Shown: positions 47,926 through 61,139 of the stretch, piece after piece
Layout of the letters: every line of letters starts with the position of its first letter
How positions within the stretch are numbered: position 1 is the first letter of the stretch
Source of the DNA: Hypanus sabinus
Lineage: Eukaryota
DNA: 64,000 bases
Assembly: GCF_030144855.1 (NCBI RefSeq)
Contig: NC_082717.1
Coordinates: forward strand, 76,694,001-76,758,000
Reading direction: 5' to 3'
Position numbers and translations under genes: made by a program
Notes under the pieces: model-generated
The model's database searches: none
The model's input: only the letters and a program-made list of their open reading frames with translations
Told to the model about the DNA's origin: nothing

Positions 47926-49822
47926 ATTCAAGATTAAAAGATTTTGAATGCCAAATCAACAACCAATGGTGAATTTGGCGGTGCTCAGCATGCTGCATGC
48001 TATTTCTAGCAAGTTGCACTTTGCTTCTGAATACTGTTCTCTTGAAATCAAGGTAGGACATTTAGCTCTACCTTCCAAGATTTAGCACCCACAACCGATG
48101 TTGTATTTCTAGACATACTAGTGTTCCAGTGTGAGAACGGTGGCCCCAGATCCACCGGCTGAGTTTTGCATGGTGCAGTTCGCTGGAAGCTGCAAGTGTT
48201 TCTGTGAGATGGCTGATTGCTTAATCTGCACAAACAGTTCCTCTGTTATCCCTAAAGCCAGGTGCCCGGAAGTAAACATAACCTCTACAGATCCAGTTTG
48301 CTCGACTTTGATAAAGCATTATAATTTCATGTTAGGGCAACCAGTAAGTTCTGGAGCACATCAATCACTATGTTGAGCCAGGAGCTGGGCTCGCAGAACA
48401 TAAAATACCCATTTCTCTCCATGCTTAATTTTATTGAAGAGCATCTGTGCTTGTTCCTTTGAGCACAGTAAAAAACATGTCACTCTTATCAGGATGTCAT
48501 CTCTTCATCAGTCCTGAGTTCATTTAAATTTCAACGTGGTGGCACATGTTCCATCTGTTTTATGCATTTATTTGCACCTTTTAACTCTTTTATATTGCAT
48601 CAAGAAAAGGCATTTATTGAAACAGTAGCTTCAGATGCCAACTTAGTTTAATAGATGTGTCAGGTAGCAATGCCAAAATATTAAGAGGATACAAATCTAT
48701 TCAGCATAACTCGATTCCCACTGGTGTAGGGGAGTTGATTCAGTAAAACAGGCTGGGAAGATTATTTCCTATTCCTGTCTCAAGAAGTATTCGTGACCAG
48801 GACAGTGTCACAATGAAACAATAAGTTTCAATGGTCTGTCTAAGCAAGACCTAAAGCAAAATGCTGGAAATCTGAAATGAACATAAAATGTCAGAAACAC
48901 TCAGCTAGTTGGGCATTGCCTCTACAGAGCCATGCTGTTGGCCTAAGCAGGTGGTAGCTCCTTCTGGCATGGCACCTGTGTTCCTTCATGCCTCTGTACT
49001 GCTCCGGAAATCTCTCCTGGAGCTCAACAGGTTAACATGAACTTCTTCAGACCTCTCAGCTCTTGGGCTAGGAAACCTGTCCCTTTCTAGCGTTGGGTTA
49101 AGGCTGAAACAGACACAGTGATACCCATGAATGGAGGTGTAGGCTAGACCAGGGCATGACCAGTGGGCTGAATAGCCTGAATAACCCCAACACTTCATGT
49201 ATGACTCAATGAAATCAGCAGTACGTGGAAAGACACTGTTTCTTAAAATTATTTTTTCAAGTTGCTTTAAATGCTTTTTTTATTGCATGTGTTCTGTAGT
49301 ATGTACTGTCTAAATAACTCTTCCAGCAGTCTCGAGTGCTTTGAATGTTTCTGAACACCAAAGATTTCCCCTCACATTCAGTATTAACTGTCAGTGAGCT
49401 GGGGCTGGGGCATCACCAACTGTCAGAGCTATTCTGTGTGAGTGTAGTCCCTGCTCGCACTGAGGCAGTCCTGAATTATTCTCGATATGTTGTTTTCACT
49501 GACGGCCAGGCAGAAGCAGTGAGACTGCATGGTTTAACCCAGTGCAGGCAAGGGACACTATCTCTTAGCCTGATGAGTAGTTCAAGTATTTTCTGTTTTA
49601 ATTCATTTGATGACTGCTGGAGACCTGCAACAGTGCATACAGTGCCTATAAGAAGTATTCACCCACCCCCCTTGGGAGTTTTCAAATTTCATTGTTTTAC
49701 AATGTTGAGTCACAGTGGATTTAATTTGGCTTTTTTGACACTGATCAACAGAAAAGACCCTTTTTCTTTGTAATAAATTATTACAATTATTGAACACAAA
49801 ATGATCGATCACCCCTTTCAAG

Positions 49823-50797
49823 TCAATATTTAGCAGATGCACCTTTGGCAGTAATTACTGCCTGGAGTCTGAGTGGAAAGGTCTCTATCAGCTTTGCACA
49901 TCTGGACACTGCAACTTTTCTCCCATTCTCCTTTACAAAACTATTCAAACTCTGCTAGATGGCATGGAGACAGCCCTTTTCAAGTCCAGCCACAAATTCT
50001 CAATTGGATTGAGGTCTGGCCTCTGACTTGCCACTCCAGGGCATTAACTTTGTTGTTTTTAAGCCATTCCTGTTTATCTTTGGCTTTATGCTTGTGGTCA
50101 TTGTCTTGCTTCAAAACAAATCTTCTCCCAAGTTGCAGTTCTCTTGCAGACTGCATCAGGTTTTCCACCAGGATTTCCCTGTGTTTTGCTGCATTCATTT
50201 TACCCTCTACCTTCACAAGCCTTCCCGGGCCTGCTGCAGTGAAGCATCCCCACAGCATGATGCAGCCGCCACCATGCTTCATGGTAGGGATGGTGTGTTT
50301 TTGATGATGTGTAGTGTTAGTCTGATGGCCAAAAAACTCAATTTTGGTTTCATTAGACCACAGAACCTTCTTCCAGTTGACTTCAGAGTCCCCCACATGC
50401 ATTCTGGCAAACTCTAGCTGAGATTGCATGTGAGGTTTTTTTTCCAACAGTGGCTTTCTCTTTGCCATTCTCCCATAAGGCTGCAACTGGTGAACCTGGA
50501 CAACAGTTGTATGTGCAGTCCCTCCCATCTCAGCCACTGAAGCTTGTAACTCCGCCAGAATTGTCACAGGTCTCCTAGTGGCCTCCCTTATTAGACCCCT
50601 TCTTGCATGGTCACTCAGATTTTGAGGAAGGCCTGCTTGAAGCAGATTTACAGATTTGCCATATTCTTTCCATTTCTTGATGATTGACTTAACTCTACTC
50701 CAAAGGATATTCTGTGGCTTGAAAATTTTCTTGTATCCATCGTGTGCTTTTCAGCAATCTTTTCACAAAGTTGCTTGAGGTGTTCTTTTGTCTTCAT
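49823..50797 (-). pseudogene. Tc1 transposase, frameshifted
   Basis: MKTKEH start; KRKPLL, WKKVLWSNETK, TMKHGGGCIMLWGCF, QDNDHKH, DLNPIENLW, AKGASAKY* end. Confidence 0.9.
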
Positions 50798-51034
50798 GTT
50801 TCATGCCTCACCAGCAGTTGGACCTTCGAGATACAGGTGTATTTTCACTACAATCAATTGATGTACCTTGACTGCACACAGGTGATCTCCATCTAACTAA
50901 TTATATGATTTTGAAAACTAATTGGCTGCAGCAGTGATGATTTGGTGTGTCATATTAAAATGGGTAAATACTTATGCAATCAATTATCTTATGTTTTACA
51001 TTTGTAATTTATTTTGATCACTTCGTAGAGATCT

Positions 51035-51850
51035 CAAAGTTTCAAAGGTTCAATTTAATGTCAGAGAAATGTATACTATATACATCCTGAAATGCTTTTT
51101 CTTCACAAAACATCCATGAAAACAGAGAAGTGCCCCAAAGAGTGAACAACAGTTAAACATGAGAACCCCAAAGTCCCCCCCCCAAAGTTCCCCCTTCCTG
51201 CGTGTAAATGGTGGCAAGCACCAATCCCCCCCCGCCAAAAAGTGGACCCTCTACCGAGCCCAAGCGTGAGCTAAGTGATAGCAAAGACTGAGACCTTGCA
51301 GCTACTCCAAAGACTATCGCAATTCATCCGGCATTTGACAACCCATAGGTTCTGTCTCTCCCTAATAATGGAGAGGGAGGGGTCCCCTATTTTCACAACG
51401 AGCAGGAGACATAGCAACAACCCGCTGGTTTATGATGTTAAAAAGTCAGTTTCATCACTTTTTATGAGCTCTCTGTCCGAAGATCGCAAAGATCTCGGGT
51501 CTTCGGGCCCACAGCAAAAGATTTTCTGGCCTCCTTGATGACACACAAGTCTCCTGGCGTAACACCGACTGTTGATCCACCCGTCTCCAGAGTCTCGAGA
51601 TCTTAGGCTTCCAAACACTAGGCCGCCTCTCAGGCCGAACCCTTGGCACGTTGAACATCGGCCGGTCCTGAAACCCCGAGAACGGGTCCCATGCTCGCAA
51701 AGAGCCAAAATCAGCGTGTAACTCCAGGTCAGGGTCTTCAAAAGAACCCTGAAAGGGAAAAATAAAGATATTAAAGATGGAAATAGAGCTGTTTCCGAAG
51801 ATGCAAGCAAAGGAGCCACCTTTTAGCGCCATCTTATCTCCGTCTCCATG
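51035..51850 (-). mobile_element. Non-coding LINE-derived non-autonomous element inserted in the Tc1 TIR
   Basis: Interrupts ...gtagagatc|tgttttcactttgac... of the Tc1 TIR; 5' end AAGATGGCGC; 3' tail ATTAAATTGAACCTTTGAAACTTTGA; CpG-rich. Confidence 0.7.
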
Positions 51851-52794
51851 TGTTTGTTTTCACTTTGACACAAAAGAGTGATTTTCTGTCGTTCAGTGTC
51901 AAAAAAAGCCAAATAAAATCCACTGTGATTCAATGTTGTAAACCAATAAAACATGAAAACTTCCAAGGTGGGTGAATACTTTTTATAGGTACTGATTTCC
52001 ATCTTTCCAATCAAATCCATTCTGACTGCTCCAAATCTGCTTTGTTTAGCTCTGGTGACAAATGTTCACAAGATTCACATCAGTTGGATGGGTGGAGATG
52101 GGAAGTTTTGTTGGGTGGTGAAGCCACTCCAAAATCCAGTGCCAAGAAGACAACCATCTTCAGCTGTTAATGAGTCTTCAAGAGGAGCAATTTATAGCTT
52201 AGCCAATGAAACCGATGGAACTGTACCCATATGAAGAGTCACCACCTTTACATGAGGTGTGGAAAAAAACAGAAGAGAAAAGATAATTGTTTCTCCCTAA
52301 GAAGAACTTGCAACAACATCCTGATGAAATAGGTCAAGCTGGATGTGATGCTTTTGAAAATAATTAAAGCAGCTTAAATCTTTCAACATTTTATTGACTG
52401 TGATTAAATAACACAATTCCAAAAGTTCAGCATATTCAATACAAACATTGGAAGATATAAGAGTTGTACTTTTGCTGATTTATACAATTGTCAGACATTC
52501 TTACAGTTGTAATATTTCAGCCCAGTCTTTAATGTTCCATCTCTGTACTATTCAGGCCCAGGTTGAGATAAAGAGGTTGTAAATTTTGCATACAGAAAAA
52601 CAGAACTGCAGGAAATGAGTGGGATTTTTTTAATTGAACATCATATCAAGGGCTTATCAACCTATTATGTCCAATTAAAACAAGTTTTAATGGTTTGCAA
52701 AAATGGACAAACGTATTAATTTATAGTAAATTTTTATTACGTGCAATGCTACGATGAAAGCTGAGAACTTCAAGTGTCAGTTTGATTCAATTCA

Positions 52795-53000
52795 TGGTAC
52801 TCTTGTGTCTTAGTCAGAAGTTTGTAGTTTCAAACCTTACCACTAATTTAAGCATTTGAAAGAAGACTGACACTTCAGTGCATTTACTGAAGAAATCTAT
52901 CTGCAATTTTGTAGCTGAAATGTTAAGCTAAAAATGAAATCCCATAGCAATACTTAAAGGAAAGCAGCAAATTCTACTGGTTACCATTTCGATACAAAAA
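52795..53000 (+). mobile_element. Ancient Deu-domain-like SINE relic (head and body)
   Basis: ggtactcttgtgtcttagtcagaagtttgtagtttcaaac...gactgacacttcagtgca.tactga resembles the SacSINE1 head as recalled. Confidence 0.45.
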
Positions 53001-53264
53001 CCAGTGCCTGCAATTCCAGATTGTGGTTTTTGCCCACTGTATAATAGTGTCTACTTCATTGTCTGTATTATGTCACTTCATTGATGATCTTTACTTCAGT
53101 CACAGACTTGACACAATAGCATCTGTCTTTCATTATTTATGAATGTTATAAAAGTTGGCTTTCCAAAAGGTCTGTATTGATGTGGTGGATGGTTTGTGGG
53201 AATAAACTTGTGTAACAAAACTAATTTTCCAGCCTTCCTCCTGATCTATACAGCATTCCAATGA

Positions 53265-54212
53265 TCTGAAATTGAACTGGAATTGGAAACAGTTTATTAT
53301 TGTCCCATGCACCAAGATACAGTGGAAAAAAACTGTTTTATATGCCTTCCACACAGATAATTTAAAAGCAAAAGTACATTGCATGGTACAAGGGAAAAAG
53401 CAACAACAGAATGCACAATATGGTGTTATAGTTATCAGAAAATGAGCTGTAAGGACCATGACAAGGTAGACTGTGAAGTGAAGAGTTCGCCTTTCATGTA
53501 CAGGAGATGTATTTAAGAGTCTTATACCAGTGCGGTAGAGGCTGTACTTGAGCCTCATGCTATGTATTTTCAAGACTTTGTAGAATCTCCCTGATATGAA
53601 GGTGAAGAAGAGAGAGTGTCTGGGGTAGGTACAGTCTTTGGTCAATCTGCCTGCATTCCCGAGGCAGGGAGAAAAGTAGACGGAGTCAATGGAGAAGAGG
53701 TTGATGGATTGCCCTTGGGTAGATTGCATTTTATGATGCATCTCTAAAATAAAAATTGGTGAAGCTCAATGGAGACATGCCAAATTTCCCTTCTGAAGAT
53801 TTAGAGGCACTGTTGTATTTTCTTGACCATAGGGTCTACATGACTGGACTAGGATCAGCTATTGGTTATGCTTACACCAAGGAACTTGAAGCTCTCAACC
53901 ATCTCCACTTTAGCACCATTTATGCATATAGGGCATATACTCTTCCCCATTTCTTTGCCCATGACCGTCACTTTTGTTTTGGGGACATTGAAGAAATGAT
54001 TGTTGTCATGACACCATGTTACAAGGCTCTCAATTTCCTTCCTGTACCCCACCGTGTCATTATTTGAGATCCAACCCACTGTGAGTTTGCAGATGGAGTT
54101 GGAGCAGAATCTGGTCATGCAGTTGTGAGTGTTTAGGGAGTAGAGAAAAGGGCTGAGGACACAGCCTTATGGAGCATCCATGTTAAGAATGATCAGGGCA
54201 GAGTTGTTGCTA
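53265..54212 (-). mobile_element. Rex1/Babar-type LINE, old
   Basis: YRKEIESLVTWCHDNN..NVPKTK...VESFKFLGV; TTTCAA-type tail. Confidence 0.8.
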
Positions 54213-54239
54213 TCATACAAGAAATTCTTGATGGCTCTG

Positions 54240-54640
54240 GGCCTTATAATAACTGGAATTTAGAAGGATGGAGGGGGGGGGGGATCTCATTGAAATCTTT
54301 TGAATGTTGAAAGGCCCAGACAGAGTAGATGTGGAAAGGATAGTTCCCATTGTGGGGAATCTAGGACAAGGGGACACAGCCTCAGTATAGAGGAGTGTAC
54401 ATTTAAAACAGGGATACAGAAAAATTTCTTTAGGCAGGAAGTGGTAAATTTGTGGAATTTGTTACCACAGGCAGGTGTGGAGGGCAGGTCGTTGGGTGTA
54501 TTTAAGGCAGCGATTGATAGGTTCTTGATTGGACATGGCATCAAAGGTTGCGGGGAGAGGGCTGAGGAGGGGAAAAGGGATTGCGGAGCAGACTCAATGG
54601 ACCAATGGCCTAATTCTGCTCCTGTGTCTTACGGTCTTGC
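54240..54640 (+). mobile_element. CR1 3' end
   Basis: GESRTRGHSLSI...KNFFRQEVVNLWNLLP...FKAAIDRFL. Confidence 0.85.
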
Positions 54641-55342
54641 GTCTTACTTACGCCCTTCACTGTAGCTTTCGAAGAAACACCTGAATGAACAGGCATGTTT
54701 ATCAGGAGCAGATGTTGAGGGACTAATGGTGTGTATACCACAGCTGCCTGCTGGTTTAAAAAAAGTTTGCATCTAATAACTTTGATCTTTCTAAAATAAT
54801 TCTTTTTGTTCTTTTCATCTGCTGTCTTCAGGTTTAAATTAAGGTTGTTAGTTAGGATAATTTAGCATATCATCTTTTGAAGACAGAAAAATTGAACTCC
54901 TGATGGGGATCTTGTTATAGATATGACAGCAACAGAGGATTTCCAAACAGTGCCTGATTTGGAAATGTTGCACAAAGCTATTGTATATTAATAATGATCC
55001 ATATCCACATGCAACAGTGGACCAGGGACATCTTTCTGAATTTATTCCAGAGCTGTTGGCCATTTACTTCATTGACAGAATTATACTGACTGTTAAAGTC
55101 ACAAGTAGAGAACAGTTCTGTAGTTAAAACTGAATTAATGACAGCTCCATACATTTTTACACTCTGAATGTGATTTTTTGATTTCCGTTGCTTTAGTCAT
55201 CTTGCAGTTTGTACCAGCCTCAGACAAATCACAAGTACCTCATTTCCCATAGCTAGAAACCTGATCAAAATACTCATCAAAGTTGATTAAAGATACCAGA
55301 GTACTAAAGTGTTGTGGTTTCCCTGGAACATGGGTGCCACCA

Positions 55343-55740
55343 ACTCAAAGTTCAAAGTAAATTTATTATTAACATACTAATATGTCACCATATATACTAT
55401 TCTGAAATTATTTTCTTTCAGGCACTCACAGCAGAACAAAGAACTACAGTAGAATCAATGAAAAACTACACACGAACAAGGACTGACAAACAACCAATGT
55501 CAAAAGAGAATCTGTTCACAACTCTGCTCATTGAACCCATGAACACTATACCTCACAATTTTTTTTAAAATTTCTGTTTTTGCACTACTTATTTAAATTT
55601 AACTATTTAATATAAACATATCTACTTACTGTAATTCAGTATTTTTTTCTATATTTATCATGCATTACATTGTACTGCTGCTGCAAAGGTACCAAATTTC
55701 GCAACTTGTGCCAGAGATATTGAAACCAATTCCGATTCTG
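55343..55740. mobile_element. Two Rex1-type 3' ends joined head to head
   Basis: Minus-strand tail (tcaaagttcaaagtaaatttatt) to about 55510, then a plus-strand 3'UTR ending ...gatattgaaaccaattccgattctga. Confidence 0.55.
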
Positions 55741-58700
55741 AACATGCAATATATATATATTATTTCACTAATAGGATGGAATTTCAGTCTGTGGCTTTGC
55801 AGGCTCCATTTGGAACTCCTGAGAGAAAGATGTAATAAGTGCTTGCATTGCACCTAAATGTTGTATCCAGACCTTGATGGGACCTGGTCTGATCGATGGT
55901 AGGAAAGGTCCATGCTAAATGAGCCCATCCCCAACCAGAGACACTCTATGCATTTGTTGTCAAAATGCACGGGCATTGCCACTGGTAAATCTCCAACAGT
56001 CAGAGTACTGGCTGCTGACAAACACCTGAAATTTAACTGAGACAGCCACATAAATACAACAGCTTAAAGGGCTGCTCAGGGGTGGGGTATTCTGAGGGAA
56101 GTGGCTCATGTCCCATCTCTCCTAAGCTTTTCCACCATCTACAAAACAAAGCAGGAACATCACAAAATAATCTGCTGTGGCTTGGATGAAAGACTCCCCA
56201 GCAACACTAGAGCAGTGTATTATCATCGAGGATCAGTTCCTCATCCAACATCCTAAACTTTCACCTCCCACCCTCTGCCACACTCCCACCCCACCCCACA
56301 ATTACTGGTGGTTCTTCTACAAAATGCATTAAACGTCTACATTAACATATGTTAAATAGTATTATAAATTCACCATGCTTTTACATTGTGTACTAATTAC
56401 TTTAAAAATAACGTGGAAACACTTAAAGCACCATAAACACAGATTGAATATATTTAAATTAATTCAATTCATAAAATATGTTAAAATAAATTGTACTTAC
56501 TGTATATTTCTCCTTCTCAGCCTGAATGAGTTTACAGAATTGATGTGGGTTGCACGAAGTGCAGGTTCAGAGGGCAGATTTCCTAGAGTAACTGCAGGGA
56601 AAGCCATGGATGTTTGCATTCCCTGCTGCATTCCTCAGAAAGCCCAACATCAGCACAATTGGGAAACTGCTGGAAATCAGCTGGGCTAAAGTTTGCCTTG
56701 GGCTCCCAAACTTATACCCGATTCCAGAGATAAATGGTAGCTGTTCCATGTGGAGCTGCCAGCATTTCCACAGAGGAGACTGGGTCCTTATTTTCCTATT
56801 ATGCACCCCTGAGAAGCTTGCAGCAGTGTCTGAGAGATTAAACTTTATTTCCTGGAGACTTGAGGGCAGTCCTGGCCACCTTAGGTCAGGATCAATGTTC
56901 ATTGGGAGCTTTGATTTCAATGGGATATTTGGTTGTGTTGGAGGCTGTAAGAGACTGCAAATTAAAGATAATTTCACTGCAATAAAATTTGACCTGATTA
57001 AACTTTGCTGCCATGGTGGTTAATACAATCAAAGCAAGCAGAAATAGGAATTTAGGTCTGAATTTTGATCTTGCATCCTATGTTAAATAGATCCCTCATC
57101 ACTGAATGGGTTGTGGGTTCCCTTAAAAGCATTGTGTTCAATGGCTCGTTCAAAGATTCAAGAATTATGTAGGTATTCTAATAAGACTTATATATATATA
57201 TGCTGTGGGACTTACTAAGAATGCTTGCAGTACCAGAGAGGGCAGCATCATTAGGTGTTGCAATTGGGAAATATGCTTTAAGGGTTTCACGGTCTTTAGA
57301 GAAACTGCACTTTTCGTTGGTGTAAATTAAAACAGAACTTGGCGCAGGAGATGATTTCTCTTGCTGGCATGTGGCTGCTGGCAGCCTTCAGAAAACGTCT
57401 CCAATCCTAATTCTCCTACATGTGGTTGCCAATGATTTCCCTTCTGGCATTGCCACAATTCTCACCGTAAATTGTAACCTTTTTTTGAATCTGAGGATAA
57501 AATGGCACCACCTCTGTTTCTTGCCTGGCAATTTTATTTCATTTCTTACCATTTTGCAACTTTTGTTCTCTTTTTTGAAAGTATGGATTTGCAGCTGCCT
57601 TCCTCCGGATATGAACATCGAGATGGTGAATGTGAGACTGAAACTTCTCTGATGAGCTTTTGTGCATCAGCAGGGACGTCTTCTCCTGAGGGCTGATGAT
57701 GGAACACACGAGTGAAAATGGCAGAAAGGGGGATACTAACCTACCCAAGCTTAAGCATAACCTTCACATCTTCTGTCTTTTCCAGTGGTTTACTGAAAGT
57801 CCCAAGTCAGAAGGAACTAAATTGTATCCTTTGCTGTTCACTTATTTTTGTTCATTCCACTTGCCATGTTCACTCTGGACAGTAAACGTACAGAGAGGTA
57901 TGAACAGGATGCAAGCATCTTGGTATAAGTATGTTGCAGTCTTTTTTGAAAACTACTTATTTATCATTCAACCAATGTATTGGAGGCAAGATGAGTGATA
58001 TGAACCACTGCCAGTGATGTGACAAGGTCATTATACTGAGAAAAAAAAGAACAATTACAGACCAGGAGAGAACAAACTGCAACAGCTTACCTACTCCAAT
58101 AAGATCAAAGTACTTTTCCTGACATGGAGTGAAGGGTATTCACATACTAATTAGAGGCACAAAATCAATCCCATTTCCAGCAATGTGGTCACCATGTTTG
58201 ACTGAGAAGAGTTTTGTCCAATTGTCCCCACTCTGGCTGGCCACTATTGTCACAATATGCCACCTTTTCTGTAGCCATCTTTGCTGACTATGATCTGTCC
58301 TTTACTGTCACACAGGCATTCATGACAAAATATGTTCTTTTATGAATTGCCTCATTTGAAATGTTACCCTATGGAAATCCCAGAGCAAGGGAAAGTGACT
58401 TGATGTCAAATTAAGTTTTTATTTTTTTTCATGTATCTATATAAAGCCGTATGTCTGGGAGATTTCCTCACAAGGCCTTGTTACATTGTTTGTCCTTCTG
58501 TTGACAATTGTCCACAAAGCTGTTAGGAGGAATGTTGTAAGATTTAGATCCAGCATCAGTGAGGATGTTGTGCATCTTGGAGGGGGAACAAGCAGATGGT
58601 GATCTTCCAAAAGCTTTGTCCCTCTTGGTGGTAGAGAAATTTGGGCGACACTGCTGGAATAGACTAAGTGGGTAACTGCAGTACATTTGGGCAATCTCAT

Positions 58701-58814
58701 TAATGCAGTGTAAGCCAAACCAAGATTGAATGAGCATTCAGATTTACAGTTGTTTAGAAGGTTTTAGGTATGGTGCTCATTGCGACATGCACCCACAGGC
58801 ACACACTAGTCATG

Positions 58815-59362
58815 CACTCAACGGTCACTTTATTAGGTACATCTGTATCTCTGCTGGTTCGTGCAAATACCTAATCAGTCAATCATGCGGCAGCAACACA
58901 ATGTATAAAAGCATGCAGACTTGGTCAAAAGGTTTTGTTGTTGTTCAAACATCAGAATAGGGAAGTACTGTGATGTAAGTGACTTTGACTGTGGAATCAT
59001 TGTTGGTGCCAGGGAGTGGCTTGAGTATCTCAGAAAATTCTGATCTCCTTGGGATTTTAATGCATAGCAGTTTCTAGAGTTTACAGAGAATGGTATGGGG
59101 AAATAAAAAAAACACATCCAGTTAATGGTGGTTCTGTGGGCAAAAGTGCCTTGTTAATGAGAGAGGTCAGAGGAGAATGGCCACTGATTCAAGCTGACAT
59201 GTAGGTGTCAGTAACTCAAATAACCATGCAATACAACGGTGGTGTGCAGAAGAGCATCTCTAAATGAACAACCTTGAAGTGGTTGGGCTACAGCAGCAGA
59301 AGACAATGAACGTTGTCACTTTTTAAGGTATCAGATGTATCTAATAACATGGTCACTGAGTG
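58815..59362 (+). mobile_element. Tc1-like deletion derivative
   Basis: TIRs CACTCAACGGTCACTTTATTAG / reverse complement CACTCAGTGACCATGTTATTAG; right TA; HTH remnant (SDFDCGIIVGAR...DLLGF...VSRVYREW). Confidence 0.8.
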
Positions 59363-60501
59363 TATACAACAGCTAGCATAAAAATGTTACACATTTGTTC
59401 ATTGAAAGCATGCACACACATATTGGAATAATGGGATCGGCCGTGTATTGTAGGTGGAAGGTTTAGCAGATTATTATTTTACTCGACCTTCATTGTCTGT
59501 CCAATGCTATCAAGTGATGTGCTGTCTACAGTTAGCTAAATATTAAGTTTTCAGAGTGTTCATTTTATCCCAAGTATCACATTTCCCTCTGTCAAAATTG
59601 AATCAAAAATGAAGGCAATCATGTAATTTTCTTTTATGTTCTGCTTGTAGCCAGAAAGTTACAATTTTTTTCCAATCTTCAAACCCCTCTCAGTAAATTC
59701 TAATTAATCTTTAAATGATTTTTGAATGCATTTGCATCTAGGGGTTAGATATTATTGTCCTTAAAAGACACTGGTGATCTTAAAAATAGTTTTGCAGTAG
59801 AATAATATATTGTACAAGTGTTTGTACATTTAATGTTATAGTTTTTCCAATATTATGGAACAACATATCATTAGACATAATGTGATCATCTGAGTTTAGG
59901 TAGATCTGAGATAATAGATGCATGTAAAGATTACAAAGTAAAGGAAAAATGCAGCAACATTTATTCTGCTTCTCCAAAGCAAAGGAATTGTCATGCTTTT
60001 TGCCATGGACATGCATGACGAAAATTGTTAATTGGGAACTGTGTCTTTCACTAATACGTTGCTCTAAGTGATAATTGAAATTTATCTGCCTCTGTCCTAC
60101 ATAATGAATTAAATGAGTTGCATAGTGCAGTGTTCACATTCTTATGACTAACCAGAGTAATTTTAGTTAGTCAATATTTAACCAGTTTCTGGATCCTATT
60201 ACAGCTTTAAATTAATCCATCTCACAGCACAGCACAGAAAAATGCCACAACTGGTCCAGATTTTACCGGCAAGTTTCCTCACTTCATAACATATTAAAAA
60301 TTATTTTTGAGTGGTTTTTTCACATTTGAAATATTTTTTCATTGGCTGTAACACCTGTTCTGAGTTTGTTCAAACCAGCTCCACTGACATAGTGGTTTTG
60401 TAATGGGTCCTATAACATAGACATCAATTCCTGTGCCTGCAGGTTTGGTTTACTGTGAGTACTGATCCTGGCTACAATGCAACATGGGATAAAGATTAAT
60501 C

Positions 60502-60503
<2 letters not shown>

Positions 60504-60570
<67 letters not shown>

Positions 60571-60577
60571 TGTGTGT
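60504..60577. repeat. (GT)n microsatellite
   Basis: About 32 perfect GT units plus a short imperfect extension. Confidence 0.98.
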
Positions 60578-61139
60578 ATATAAAATTCACTGCATATGTT
60601 CAATATTCAGCAGTGCAATGGGTCAATGAAGAATGTTATATAATGTCAGTTAGCAGCTTGTTTGAGATGATTGATTAAAATATGCAGAGCAGTGGACTAA
60701 GTTTTGCCAGCTACGCAAAGGCCATCAATATATTAAAGCAGCCAGCTGGCCACTGATCAAATATAACAGTAGCCAGTGAGATTTTAGGGGTTGTTAAAAT
60801 AGAAATATATTGCAGATGGAATGGCATTTTCCTCACCCATTATGCCAGTACTTCTATTCCCCCAATAATTCTAATATATGCAAATTGTTTTTACATAATA
60901 TTCAGGCCTGTCTAACAGTGTATTGCTGCTAACATCTAGGGCCTCTTGCATTATTGGACAGTACAAAGAAAAATAAGAACTGAAATGACAGATTTCAGAA
61001 AACATTATGTACACTTGAATGCACTTAGATTAACACAACCTAGGGGAGGGGAGAAGAATAATATATTTAACATTTAATGTTATAGTTTTTTCAATAATAT
61101 GGAACAACATATCATTAGACATACTGCGATCATCTGAGC

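Larger units (their letters stand above)
49640..51994 (-). mobile_element. Tc1-like DNA transposon with long IR/DR-type TIRs
   Basis: TIRs start CAGTGCCTATAAGAAGTATTCACCC / CAGTACCTATAAAAAGTATTCACCC, similarity extends over 120 bp; left TA present. Confidence 0.92.

Noticed and set aside
57228-57248. CTCF-like motif (also near 24083-24097)
   Set aside because: Only the AGAGGGCA half matches; expected by chance in 64 kb.
56375-57998. Cluster of overlapping 60-137 aa ORFs in unique DNA
   Set aside because: Candidate acceptors lead to stops or unrecognisable peptides in the frames tried; may be conserved non-coding DNA but this cannot be shown from one sequence.
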